A DNA stretch of 64,000 nucleotides from the NCBI GenBank assembly GCA_040768745.1, contig JAXGMI010000002.1, forward strand, positions 192,001 to 256,000, given 5' to 3'. The DNA is from Desulfomicrobium sp. GTDB taxonomy: Bacteria; Desulfobacterota; Desulfovibrionia; Desulfovibrionales; Desulfomicrobiaceae. The stretch's first letter is position 1; every line of letters begins with the position of its first letter. The position numbers and the translations under genes are program-made. The notes under the pieces are model-generated. The model saw only the letters and a list, made by a program, of their open reading frames with translations. It did not search any database and was not told the origin of the DNA. Shown here piece by piece: positions 9,829 to 19,013 of this stretch.

Positions 9829-10908
9829 TTATTTGTATGCCGGAATCGGAGTCTGGACCATCTTGAGGAACTTGTCGGTAATCCACTTGTCGCTCAGGAC
9901 CTTGGCCAGTTCATCATCCTTCAGGCGTCCGTTGGCATGAAGCAGCATCTGGGCGATCATACGCTCGTACATTTGGGCTTTGCTTTCCCCGCTGCTGGCA
10001 TCGAAGAGCTTGAGTTGTTCATCGTACTTCCATACCGGATGCCCCTCGATGTCCTTCTTGGCGTCCTCGTAGCTGTACTCCATACCGCCAAATTCCTTAT
10101 ACATGCGCTGGAACAGCTTGATGTTCTCGTCCGTTGCCCCTTCATCTGCGAGCTTGTGGATGCCGCGGAACATGATGCGCAGGAATTTGGCCACGACTTC
10201 AGGATTCTTGTCGCAGAACTCCTTGTCCCCGATAAACGTGATAGGCAACGCAGCCCCTGCCTTATTCACATTGGAAACCTCGACCCAGCCGGCCTCTGCC
10301 GCTTTGTAACTGTAGGGGGCCCACAGGCAGGCAAAGTCACCGATGCCGGATTCAAAAGCTGCCATGATGGAGGCCTGGTCCATCTGTTTGACCACGACAT
10401 CGCTATCCTTGAGTCCCAGGGACTTGAGGTAGGTTGTCATGGCATAGTGCGCGGAAGACACGGTGGTGACGAGGAAGGTTTTGCCCTTCACGCTTTCCGG
10501 AGTCCCCAGAACCTCAGGATTGGCTTTGTTCCATCCTTTGGTCTTGACAGCGGGGCTGTCCTTACGGGCGAAAACTGAGTTGAGATAGGATTCGTCGTTG
10601 CCCAGGCCAATCAGATACGCACCGTAACGCAGGGCGCCAAAAACATGGGGGACACCGCCTGTACTGCCAAGGACCCACTGTTTGCCGGGCAGGGCTTCGA
10701 GCTGGGACATGCCGCTCTCAAAGTAGATAAGTTCCAGATCAAGGCCTTCTTCCTTATCCCAACCTTTTTCCTTGGCATACCAGGCAAAGAAAAACTCGTG
10801 CTCCGGCATCCAGCAGGTCGGTACCTTGATCAGATCCTTGGCCATGCTGCTTCCGGCAAACAAAAACATGATCGATAGAACTACAATTAAACTTACAGAA
10901 CGTTTCAT
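9829..10908 (-). CDS. ABC transporter substrate-binding protein (TauA/SsuA/NMT1-like)
   Basis: Signal peptide MKRSVSLIVVL..SMA; KGWDKEEGLDLEL..FESG; LWAPY; AGGAG RBS before ATG 10908. Confidence 0.85.
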   Translation of the reverse strand: MKRSVSLIVVLSIMFLFAGSSMAKDLIKVPTCWMPEHEFFFAWYAKEKGWDKEEGLDLELIYFESGMSQLEALPGKQWVLGSTGGVPHVFGALRYGAYLIGLGNDESYLNSVFARKDSPAVKTKGWNKANPEVLGTPESVKGKTFLVTTVSSAHYAMTTYLKSLGLKDSDVVVKQMDQASIMAAFESGIGDFACLWAPYSYKAAEAGWVEVSNVNKAGAALPITFIGDKEFCDKNPEVVAKFLRIMFRGIHKLADEGATDENIKLFQRMYKEFGGMEYSYEDAKKDIEGHPVWKYDEQLKLFDASSGESKAQMYERMIAQMLLHANGRLKDDELAKVLSDKWITDKFLKMVQTPIPAYK

Positions 10909-11088
10909 ACCGTCTCTCCTTGTGGTTACTTGGATGTTTTGATTCTTGTAATCAACCGATCTCCACAAAATTTTTTGCAGCGTTTGATTCCTCCTTGTAG
11001 TTGGTCCACTGTATCAGTATGTATGACAAAATATCAGCATTCCATAAACATACAATTGAGACAGTCACACGCTGTTTTGATGATCCGC

Positions 11089-11844
11089 TTACCACCAGCG
11101 AATCAAATCAGTCACCTTTTTGCGTATTTCAACAAAAGCGGGATCAATCATGTTCCGTGGATGCGGCAGGTCCACTTTAACTTCGGCTTTAATGTTTGTT
11201 GGCTTGGGGCTGAGGACCAGAATCCGTTCGGCAACGTAGACCGCCTCTTCGATATTGTGCGTGATGAAGATGACTGTGCTTTTGAGGGTCTGCCAGAGTT
11301 TCACCAGTTCATCCTCGAGATAGAAGCGCAGCTTGACATCAAGTTGGCCGTAGGGTTCGTCCATGAGGAGCAGATCGGGATTGACGGCAAACGCCCGCGC
11401 AACGGCGATGCGCTGCAGCATACTGCCGGAAACCTGATTCGGATAAAGATCGGCTGTGTCGGTCAGGCCTACCAGGTCGAGAATTTTTTCCAGCTTCTGG
11501 TTGGCCTCCGCTGCGGGAATTTTTTTGACCTCCATCCCATAGGCTACGTTTTGCCGAACAGTACGCCAGGGCATGCAGGTTGGTTCCTGAAAGACGAAGG
11601 AAATGTTGTGCTCTTTGGGATTGGCGACCTTGCCATCTATGTAGATATCACCGTGGGTGGTGGGGATGAGTTTGGACAGGCAGTTCAGAAAAGTGGTTTT
11701 GCCGCAGCCGGTTGGCCCCACGATGGCCAGGAATTCACCTTCTGCGACGTTGAAGTTGATGTTATCTAGGACCGTGAGTTCTCCAAATTTTTTGGTCAGG
11801 TCCCTGACTTCGATTTTGATCTTCCGTTCACCGTGATTTCCCAC
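11089..11844 (-). CDS. ABC transporter ATP-binding protein (TauB/SsuB/NitT family) with variant signature motif
   Basis: GPTGCGKTT, VSGSMLQR, LMDEPYG, FITHN; GGAGG RBS before GTG. Confidence 0.9.
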   Translation of the reverse strand: MGNHGERKIKIEVRDLTKKFGELTVLDNINFNVAEGEFLAIVGPTGCGKTTFLNCLSKLIPTTHGDIYIDGKVANPKEHNISFVFQEPTCMPWRTVRQNVAYGMEVKKIPAAEANQKLEKILDLVGLTDTADLYPNQVSGSMLQRIAVARAFAVNPDLLLMDEPYGQLDVKLRFYLEDELVKLWQTLKSTVIFITHNIEEAVYVAERILVLSPKPTNIKAEVKVDLPHPRNMIDPAFVEIRKKVTDLIRWW

Positions 11845-12035
11845 AAGCCCTCCATCGGTGGCGGGGTTGTGACTGCCCCAGCCCCCAATCAGCCATACTT
11901 TTTAAGCATAATCCCGCTCCAGCGAATCCGTGTTCCCGGTTCATCTATCGGGACGGTCCTGGTCCTTCTTGATCTTTCAAGTACACATTGAAGTTTGCTA
12001 CAGCAACTGTTTGTTTTTCGCCATGTTCTTGCTAA

Positions 12036-12057
12036 GGGCGCCGGGTTTCCGGCGCCC
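12036..12057 (-). terminator. Hairpin just downstream of the aldehyde dehydrogenase gene
   Basis: gggcgccgg-gttt-ccggcgccc, perfect 9-bp stem; weak U-tract. Confidence 0.45.
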
Positions 12058-12081
12058 ATCCATCAGCATGATGCAGGGACA

Positions 12082-13614
12082 CTATGAGGCGACGCAGGAG
12101 CGCACCACTGTGCTGGCCTGCTTCTTGGCGCCCGGCCCCTTGGGGTCGTGGGTGCGCACGGTGACGACCTTGTCCTGGGTGAAGAAGTCCAGCCCCCCCT
12201 TGCCCTGCACTTTGTTGGTGCCCAGCAGGGAGCCTTTGATGCCGCCGAAAGGCACGTAGGGATGCGGCGCGCAGATACCCACGTTGACTCCGACCATGCC
12301 GACATCGGCATAGCGGCTGAACGTTTCCATGTAGTGCATGTTCTGGGTGAAGATGCAGGCCCCGTTTCCGAATTCGGAACGGTGGATCAGGTCAAGGGCG
12401 TCGTCCATATCCGCCACCTTGATCGTCGCCACCAGGGGACCGAATGCCTCTGTGGTGAACAGAGGGTTGCAGGGCGTCACGTCTTTGATGATGGTGGGAC
12501 CCACGAAGAAGCCGTTTTTATTCTTCTCGGGCATGACTGGGTTGCGTCCGTCCAGGATCAGTTCGCACTTTCCATGGGCCAGGGCCATGTCCACGTATTG
12601 GTGAATCTTTTCCACAGCAGCCCGGGAGATCAGGGGGCCCATGTAAACTTCCGGATCAAAGGCGTCGCCGAATTTGAGTTTTTTGGACGCCTCCAGGATG
12701 CGCTCAATGACCTGGTCGTAAATTGCGGGTACAGCCGCCACGATGGAACCGGCCAGGCAGCGCTGTCCGGCAGATCCGTAGCATGAGTTGAGGAAGTTAT
12801 CGATGAACACGTCCATGTTGGCGTCTTCCATGACCAGGAGCATGTTCTTGGCCCCGCCCAGGAGCATGGAACGCTTGGCCCCTCTGGCGCAGCCCTCGGC
12901 CATTTTCTTGGCCGTAGGGGTGGAGCCCACCAGACATACACCAGCCATGCGCTGATCCTCGTACCATGTGCCGGGCACGTCACGATTGCCGTGGATGACG
13001 TTGACCACACCGGCGGGCAGCCCGATCTCCATGAAGATTTCGCACATGACCTGCATGAAGTACGGCGACTGGGTCGAGGGTTTGAAGATGAAGGTATTGC
13101 CCGCGACAATTGCGTAGGGGATGAACCAGCCAAAAACCAGGGCCGGGAAGTTGAAGGGTGCCACGCCCCCGAACACGCCCAGGGACTGCCGGACAACCTT
13201 CACGGAAATGGTGGAGCCAACCTGATCCAGGGTGTCTCCCTGCATGAGGGCCGATGCCCCTGCTGCTGACTCCACGAGTTCGATGACACGCTGAACCTCG
13301 CCACGGGCCTCGGAGATATGTTTGGCCTGGTCAAGGGCGATGGACTGGGCCAACTTTTCCGCATGTTCGACCATGGCATTGCGGAGCTTGAAAATGAGCG
13401 CAACCCTTTTGCCGATGGAGACGTCCCTCCAGGATTTGTATGCCTCGTAGGCTGTGGCGATGGCCAGTTCACAGGTTTCAGGCCCGGACATGGGGACTTC
13501 GCCAATCTGGGCCCCGGTGGACGGGTTGAACAGCGGCACGGTCTTGCAGCCCGCTTCTTCCTGCCACTGGCCATTGATGAAATTTTTGATCTTGATGTAC
13601 GGAACTTCTGACAT
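12082..13614 (-). CDS. CoA-acylating (methyl)malonate-semialdehyde dehydrogenase family aldehyde dehydrogenase
   Basis: PFNFP, LVGSTP, LGGAKN (no catalytic Glu, typical of the MmsA/IolA group), GSAGQRCLA, EAFGP, FGNGACIFT, GMVGVNVG, PFGGIKGS. Confidence 0.85.
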   Translation of the reverse strand: MSEVPYIKIKNFINGQWQEEAGCKTVPLFNPSTGAQIGEVPMSGPETCELAIATAYEAYKSWRDVSIGKRVALIFKLRNAMVEHAEKLAQSIALDQAKHISEARGEVQRVIELVESAAGASALMQGDTLDQVGSTISVKVVRQSLGVFGGVAPFNFPALVFGWFIPYAIVAGNTFIFKPSTQSPYFMQVMCEIFMEIGLPAGVVNVIHGNRDVPGTWYEDQRMAGVCLVGSTPTAKKMAEGCARGAKRSMLLGGAKNMLLVMEDANMDVFIDNFLNSCYGSAGQRCLAGSIVAAVPAIYDQVIERILEASKKLKFGDAFDPEVYMGPLISRAAVEKIHQYVDMALAHGKCELILDGRNPVMPEKNKNGFFVGPTIIKDVTPCNPLFTTEAFGPLVATIKVADMDDALDLIHRSEFGNGACIFTQNMHYMETFSRYADVGMVGVNVGICAPHPYVPFGGIKGSLLGTNKVQGKGGLDFFTQDKVVTVRTHDPKGPGAKKQASTVVRSCVAS

Positions 13615-13739
13615 GCTGCGCCCCTCAATATTGGTTAGAAGAAACGAGACGTTGGGTTGTTTTTCAATGTCCTCTACTATGCATATACACATAAATCAAT
13701 TGTCTAGGCATTGTTTGAAAAAGACAATCTATATCGCAA

Positions 13740-14552
13740 TTATGCCATTCGGTTCGCGGATTGGCCAAGCACGAGGCCGGGTGGAACGCCGTGCATTCTT
13801 TTGAAGGCGACAATGAACGCCGAGACCGATGAATAGCCGCAGCTCAATGACACAGCAGTGACGGATTCTCCTGTCTGAAGCCGCTCCATGGCATTCAGCA
13901 AGCGGACCTTGCTTCGCCATTTGCCAAATGTTTCACCTGTTTCCATGAAGAACCTGCGGGCCAGAGTGCGTTCGGACATCCCGATTTCCTCGCTCCACTG
14001 CAGAAGTGTCTTGGAAAGGCTGGGAGCTTGAAGGATTGCTGCGCACAAGTGCAGGAGCCGTCTGTCCGTGGGGAGCGGCAGTGAAAACTGCGCCTGTGGC
14101 AACCGCACAAGCTGATCCAGGAGGGTTTGCACCAGACGGGCGTCTGGACCTGGTTCGTAAAGCGGGGGAATGTCGGCGAGGGCCATGATCAGTTCGCGGA
14201 CCAGCGGCGACACGGAGAGAACGCATTGCTCCTTGAATCGTCCCTCCGGAGGCAGGACAGTGGGGGAAATGAAGAGGCTGCGGTCATTCGTAACATCGGG
14301 CAGATACCATTCATGTGTCAGTCCAGGAGGTATCCACACCATGCAGTGGGGCGGCACAAGAAAGTTGCCCCGTGGGGAGCACACAGCCATTTTCCCGCTG
14401 CTCACATAGACGAGCTCTCCCCATTTTTCGTGGGCATGCTGATTCGCCCATGTACCGGCCGGAAAAAACTCGTTGAACCAGTATACGGGTCGGGGCAATT
14501 CAGAAAAAGGCAGCTCATAACACTTCACTTCCCGAATACGGAGTTTGCTCAT
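13740..14552 (-). CDS. AraC family transcriptional regulator (cupin + HTH)
   Basis: HAH..WGELVY cupin; GMSERTLARRF..ETG, GYSSVSAFIVAFKR..GVPP. Confidence 0.92.
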   Translation of the reverse strand: MSKLRIREVKCYELPFSELPRPVYWFNEFFPAGTWANQHAHEKWGELVYVSSGKMAVCSPRGNFLVPPHCMVWIPPGLTHEWYLPDVTNDRSLFISPTVLPPEGRFKEQCVLSVSPLVRELIMALADIPPLYEPGPDARLVQTLLDQLVRLPQAQFSLPLPTDRRLLHLCAAILQAPSLSKTLLQWSEEIGMSERTLARRFFMETGETFGKWRSKVRLLNAMERLQTGESVTAVSLSCGYSSVSAFIVAFKRMHGVPPGLVLGQSANRMA

Positions 14553-14817
14553 AGCCGATCTCTCATATTTTTTGCTTTGCGGCTGTTCAGGTTTGAAAAT
14601 GTCATCGAGACCTCAGCTCGCGTCGCGTTCGATGAGAAAAAAATTCCCCTCTGAAAATCTCGCGGTCCAAGGGTAACGCAACTGAAAGATCATGGTGGAC
14701 GTACCGTTGTTTGTTTCGAGTTTTTTGAATTGAAAATTTCAGGTTGTGCAGGAAGGGTCCACAAGCTAGGCTTTGCGCTGTCCCATTCCCTATTTACAAA
14801 TTTGAGTGAGTCCACAC

Positions 14818-16014
14818 ATGCATATCGCAGAGAGGATCGTACGACTTGGCACCGAGACGGCCTTTGCCGTTGCGGCTCGCGCAACGGCGCACAAGGCCGG
14901 CGGGCACGAGGTGTATCCTTTTCATCTGGGCGACTTGAACATCCCGACCCCGGCCAACATCATGGAAGCGGCCTGTGCCGCCATGCGCGCCGGGAAGACG
15001 GGCTATTGCCCCAGCGCAGGTATTCCGGAACTGCGCGCGGTCCTGGCCGAGGATGTGGGAAAAAGCAGGAATACGCCCTTTGCCATGGAAAATGTGGCCA
15101 TCCAGCCGGGGGGCAAGCCGGTCATCGGCAAGTTCATCATGGCCTGCATGAACCCTGGCGAGGAAGTCCTGTACCCGAATCCTGGCTACCCGATCTACGA
15201 ATCCCAGATCGAGTATCACGGAGGTCGGGCCGTGCCCTACCGGTACACGTGGGATACGAGCGGGTTCCATATCGACCTGGAGTATCTTGAAAGCCGCATC
15301 ACGCCTCGCACCCGGGCCCTGATCCTCAACGACCTGCAGAATCCCATGGGCGCAGAGTGCACCAGAGAGGAGCGCGAACGCCTGGCTGAGCTGGCATTGC
15401 GCCACGACCTGTGGGTCCTTCTGGACGAGGCCTATTTCGAGATCCGATACAGCGGCAAGAGCGTGTCCTTGGCTTCCATACCGGGCATGGCCGAGCGGAG
15501 CGTGATCCTCTATACCTTTTCCAAGAAGTTCGCCATGACCGGCTGGCGGCTGGGTGCGGCCATCGGTCCGCGCAATATCATCGACGTCATATCCAAACTC
15601 AACGTCAATGACGAGTCCTGCTCCAATCATTTCGTGCAGTACGGGGCCCTGGAAGGTTTGACCGGCGACCAGTCCGGCCCGGCCGGTATTCTGGCCACAC
15701 TCAGGGAACGGCGCGATACGGCCGTGGATTTCCTCAACGCGACGCCCGGTGTGAGATGCCCTCGTCCCGAAGCCACCTTCTACCTTTTTCCTGAAGTCAC
15801 GGAACTCATGGCCCGAAAGGGCTTTGATGGCGACTACGCCGCCTTTGCCGAGGACGTTCTGGTCAGGACAGGTGTTTCCCTGTGCACCCGGCTGCACTTC
15901 GGCCGCCTCCAGCAGGGAGAGGATCGCCGCTTCGTGCGGCTGGCCTATTCCGGCATCGGAACAAAGGACATCCGCAAGGGACTTGGCGCGCTCAAGGCCT
16001 ACGCCGAGAGCTAG
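14818..16014 (+). CDS. Class I/II PLP-dependent aminotransferase (AspC-like)
   Basis: GYCPSAGIPELR, PGYPIY, QNPMG, DEAY, TFSKKFAMTGWRLG, PEATFY. Confidence 0.9.
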   Translation: MHIAERIVRLGTETAFAVAARATAHKAGGHEVYPFHLGDLNIPTPANIMEAACAAMRAGKTGYCPSAGIPELRAVLAEDVGKSRNTPFAMENVAIQPGGKPVIGKFIMACMNPGEEVLYPNPGYPIYESQIEYHGGRAVPYRYTWDTSGFHIDLEYLESRITPRTRALILNDLQNPMGAECTREERERLAELALRHDLWVLLDEAYFEIRYSGKSVSLASIPGMAERSVILYTFSKKFAMTGWRLGAAIGPRNIIDVISKLNVNDESCSNHFVQYGALEGLTGDQSGPAGILATLRERRDTAVDFLNATPGVRCPRPEATFYLFPEVTELMARKGFDGDYAAFAEDVLVRTGVSLCTRLHFGRLQQGEDRRFVRLAYSGIGTKDIRKGLGALKAYAES

Positions 16015-16135
16015 GCATTCCGCACTGCGTGGCGCCCCCTCCATTCTGCGACATGCGACCGCCCAGGATTGCGGTCCCACTCAGCTGATGTCCTTGATTG
16101 GATCCCTGTCGCGAGGGCGGTCTGGGTTGAAGGCA

Positions 16136-16885
16136 TCACCCGTACAGGTGATGCAGAAAATACTGCATTTGCCTGTACCACCAGGGCCAGTCGTGGTTGA
16201 CGTCCCGCCCCCAGAAATCAACCCAGGCCGGGACCCCTTTGTCCCGGAAAACGGCATCCAGGGCGAGGGTGTCGGCCACAGCCTCGTCCTCCCAGTCCCC
16301 CTGACCCACGCAGACGATGACGTTGCTGTCCCTGTAGCGATCCAGGTACCAGGAATCACTGATGTTTCGCAGATAGTTCAAGGGAGAGTTGAAATACACA
16401 GCGCCTATGTCGGCCGCCGAGAGCCCGAACTCCGATCGGTCGAGCCGGTACAGCCCGCTCAAGGCCACGGTGCCCATGAACACATCCGGGTGCTTGAGAA
16501 AGAAATTGACGGCATGGTAGGCGCCCATGCTGCACCCGTTGGTCATGATCCGCCCTTCGGCAAGGCTGCAATGGTCGCGGACAAAGGGGCCCACCTCCTG
16601 CACCACATACCGGTCGTAGGCTTCGTGTGCGGCGTTGCGGTCCGAGGGAGAGATGCCGAAATTGTACCACGACTCCGCATCGATGCTGTCGACGCAGAAC
16701 AGCTTGATCTTGCCGTTGTTGATAAAGGGTTCGACGGCCTGGATCATGCCCATGGTTTCGTAATCAAAATAGCGGCCCCGGGAGCAGGGGAAAACGATGA
16801 ACGGTTGTCCCCAGTGCCCGTAGACTTTCAGAGCCATGTCCCGCTGGAGGTTCGGGCTGAACCAATGTCTTTCTTCGGTGCGCAT
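16136..16885 (-). CDS. Putative esterase (alpha/beta hydrolase)
   Basis: YGHWG.P..VFP, GCSMG nucleophile elbow, VGQGDWE, HDWPWW. Confidence 0.85.
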   Translation of the reverse strand: MRTEERHWFSPNLQRDMALKVYGHWGQPFIVFPCSRGRYFDYETMGMIQAVEPFINNGKIKLFCVDSIDAESWYNFGISPSDRNAAHEAYDRYVVQEVGPFVRDHCSLAEGRIMTNGCSMGAYHAVNFFLKHPDVFMGTVALSGLYRLDRSEFGLSAADIGAVYFNSPLNYLRNISDSWYLDRYRDSNVIVCVGQGDWEDEAVADTLALDAVFRDKGVPAWVDFWGRDVNHDWPWWYRQMQYFLHHLYG

Positions 16886-16887
16886 GT

Positions 16888-18051
16888 CTAGCCTTCCGTT
16901 GCGTGGATGAACCGCGTGATCTCGTCAATATCGTCGAGACGTTCCGATCTGAAAATATACCCCACATCCCCCAGGGCGCTGCTGAACACTCCAGGAACGC
17001 TGGCCACCTGAACCATGAATGCTCCATAGCGGGCCAGAATGTCCTCGTGCGCGTGCACGTACCGCCGGTTGTTTTTGCGGCTGGCGTAGCAGCAGTGATA
17101 CCTGCGCTGGAAATCCAGATTCGCGCGCCCATCCACCAGCAGGTTGGCCCACACCCGGTAGATGTCCATATCGCAGGCGTAGTTGAACATGTCGGTGGTG
17201 AACCCGCCCGGCGGGCGCATGTTCACCTCCAGGGCCGTGTAGGCGCCAGGAGCGGTCTGGAAAAATTCGATGTGGAAAAAACGCTCCTGCACCGCAAAGG
17301 CCGCGACGCAACGCCTTCCGATCTCCTCCAGGGCGGGGGGGATATCCCGCAAGGAGTAGTACGAAATATGCCGGGCCTCGTTCACCGTCTCCATGATTCC
17401 CTGACTGAAGAAGTGGGAGGTGAAGAACACCAGGTTGCCGTCGCGGTCGGCCAGCCCGTCGAAGGAATAGATGTCCCCGGCGACGAACTCTTCCATGATG
17501 TAGTCCACTTGAGGTTTGCGGGCAAAGAACTGGATCAGGTCATGGTCGTTCTCCAACCTGTAGGTGTCCATCGCTCCAACCCCAGCATCGGGCTTGGCCA
17601 CCACCGGATAGCCCGTGTCCCGGATCAGGGCGCGGGCATCCCCGATGTCGCGGACCACCCTGCCTCGCGCCACCGTAACTCCGGCCTCCCGAAACGTGTC
17701 CTTCATCCTGGATTTGCGGCGGATCGTATCGATCTGGCTGACACGCACCCCGAAAATGTTGAAGTCGTCCCGGATCCTGGCTTCGGTCGCCAGCCAGTAC
17801 TCGTTCAGCGACTCGAATCTGTCGATCTTGCCGTATTTATGGGTGAAATACCCGCAAGCCCGGAGCAGTGCGTCGTAGTCGTGCATGTCGTTGACGCGGA
17901 AGTATTCGGTCAGTCCGTCGCGCACCTCGGAGGACAGATGGTCGTACTGCGGATCGCCAACGCCAAGGACGTTGGCTCCGGCCTGTTTGAGTTGGCTGCA
18001 GAAGTGGGCGTAGTGGGGCGGGAAGTGGGGAGAGAGGAAGACGACGTTCAT
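16888..18051 (-). CDS. ATP-grasp domain protein (putative carboxylate-amine ligase)
   Basis: KSRMK, GYPVVAKPDAGVGA, IMEEFV, FFHIEFF, LEVNMRPPG; AAAGGTG before ATG 18051. Confidence 0.85.
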   Translation of the reverse strand: MNVVFLSPHFPPHYAHFCSQLKQAGANVLGVGDPQYDHLSSEVRDGLTEYFRVNDMHDYDALLRACGYFTHKYGKIDRFESLNEYWLATEARIRDDFNIFGVRVSQIDTIRRKSRMKDTFREAGVTVARGRVVRDIGDARALIRDTGYPVVAKPDAGVGAMDTYRLENDHDLIQFFARKPQVDYIMEEFVAGDIYSFDGLADRDGNLVFFTSHFFSQGIMETVNEARHISYYSLRDIPPALEEIGRRCVAAFAVQERFFHIEFFQTAPGAYTALEVNMRPPGGFTTDMFNYACDMDIYRVWANLLVDGRANLDFQRRYHCCYASRKNNRRYVHAHEDILARYGAFMVQVASVPGVFSSALGDVGYIFRSERLDDIDEITRFIHATEG

Positions 18052-18212
18052 GGTGATCACCTTTGGAGAACAATTGTGTTTGGGCCACGATGGGCCGGGA
18101 GATTACCCTTCCGGCATCTGGATCATGAGCATGCATGGGTTGTCAACGCAACCGAAACCGGAAATGGCGTCGTGGTCTGAGTAGGTCCGCGGGTCTGACG
18201 AGGACAGAATGT

Positions 18213-18241
18213 AAAAAGGCCGGGAAGTTACCTTCCCGGCC
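18213..18241 (-). terminator. Intrinsic terminator of fdhAB
   Basis: ggccgggaag-gtaa-cttcccggcc followed by TTTTT on the minus strand, about 25 nt after the fdhB stop. Confidence 0.85.
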
Positions 18242-18267
18242 GGCTAATGGAGGAGGTTGTTTACGAT

Positions 18268-19002
18268 CTAAGCCTTGTTTCTGGATGCAGGGCCGAAGAG
18301 CTTGGCGAACATGGCCTTGCGGTTCATGAGGCCAGGCAGTGTGGCTGAGGCCACGGCGAAGTCGTGATAGGATTTGGGCGGCATCTGGTACAGGTAGATG
18401 ACCCGGACCATGTCGGCATCGCCCAAGGTGGCTTCCGGATACTTCTTCTGGACTTCGGCCAGCCTCTTTTCGGCCAGGGCCAGCATCTCTTCCCGATCAC
18501 CGAAGTTCATGGCCCCGGTGGGACACGACTGCACGCAGGCCGGTTTGAGGCCGTTCTGCACGCGATCCAGGCACATGGTGCACTTGGTCATGACCTTGGT
18601 GGCCGCGTCCTGACGCGGAATGTTGTACGGGCAGGCCTCGCGGATTTCGTCGAACTCCGGCAAATCCTTGGTTTTTTCCGTGAAGATGACGGCACCGGTG
18701 GCCTCGTCATGGATGATGGCCTTGTCGTCATAGGCGTCGGCGGTCATCTTGCAGGGAGGTTCGGTGCAGTGCCGGCACTGCTCGGGGAAGAACAGCCACG
18801 CGGCCATGAAGCCCTTGTCGTCGGCCACTTCCTTCATGTGCACGGTTTTGTAGGTAATGGCCGAGACGTCCATGGGATTCTGGTGGGAACCATGGTTTCT
18901 GGTCTCTTCGGCCGGGAGTTTGTTCCACTGTTTGCAGGCCACCTGGCAGCCGCGGCAGGCCGTGCATTTGGTCAGATCGACGAAGAATGATTTTCCTGAC
19001 AT
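18268..19002 (-). CDS. fdhB: Formate dehydrogenase beta (Fe-S) subunit
   Basis: CTACRGCQVAC, CRHC..PPC, CPYNIP, CTMC..R...PACVQSCPTGA; directly after fdhA. Confidence 0.93.
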   Translation of the reverse strand: MSGKSFFVDLTKCTACRGCQVACKQWNKLPAEETRNHGSHQNPMDVSAITYKTVHMKEVADDKGFMAAWLFFPEQCRHCTEPPCKMTADAYDDKAIIHDEATGAVIFTEKTKDLPEFDEIREACPYNIPRQDAATKVMTKCTMCLDRVQNGLKPACVQSCPTGAMNFGDREEMLALAEKRLAEVQKKYPEATLGDADMVRVIYLYQMPPKSYHDFAVASATLPGLMNRKAMFAKLFGPASRNKA

Positions 19003-19013
19003 GTCGGCTCTCC

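Noticed and set aside
14602..14635. Inverted repeat TCATCGA-N20-TCGATGA between araC and the aminotransferase
   Set aside because: Short arms with a long spacer could arise by chance; no second copy seen
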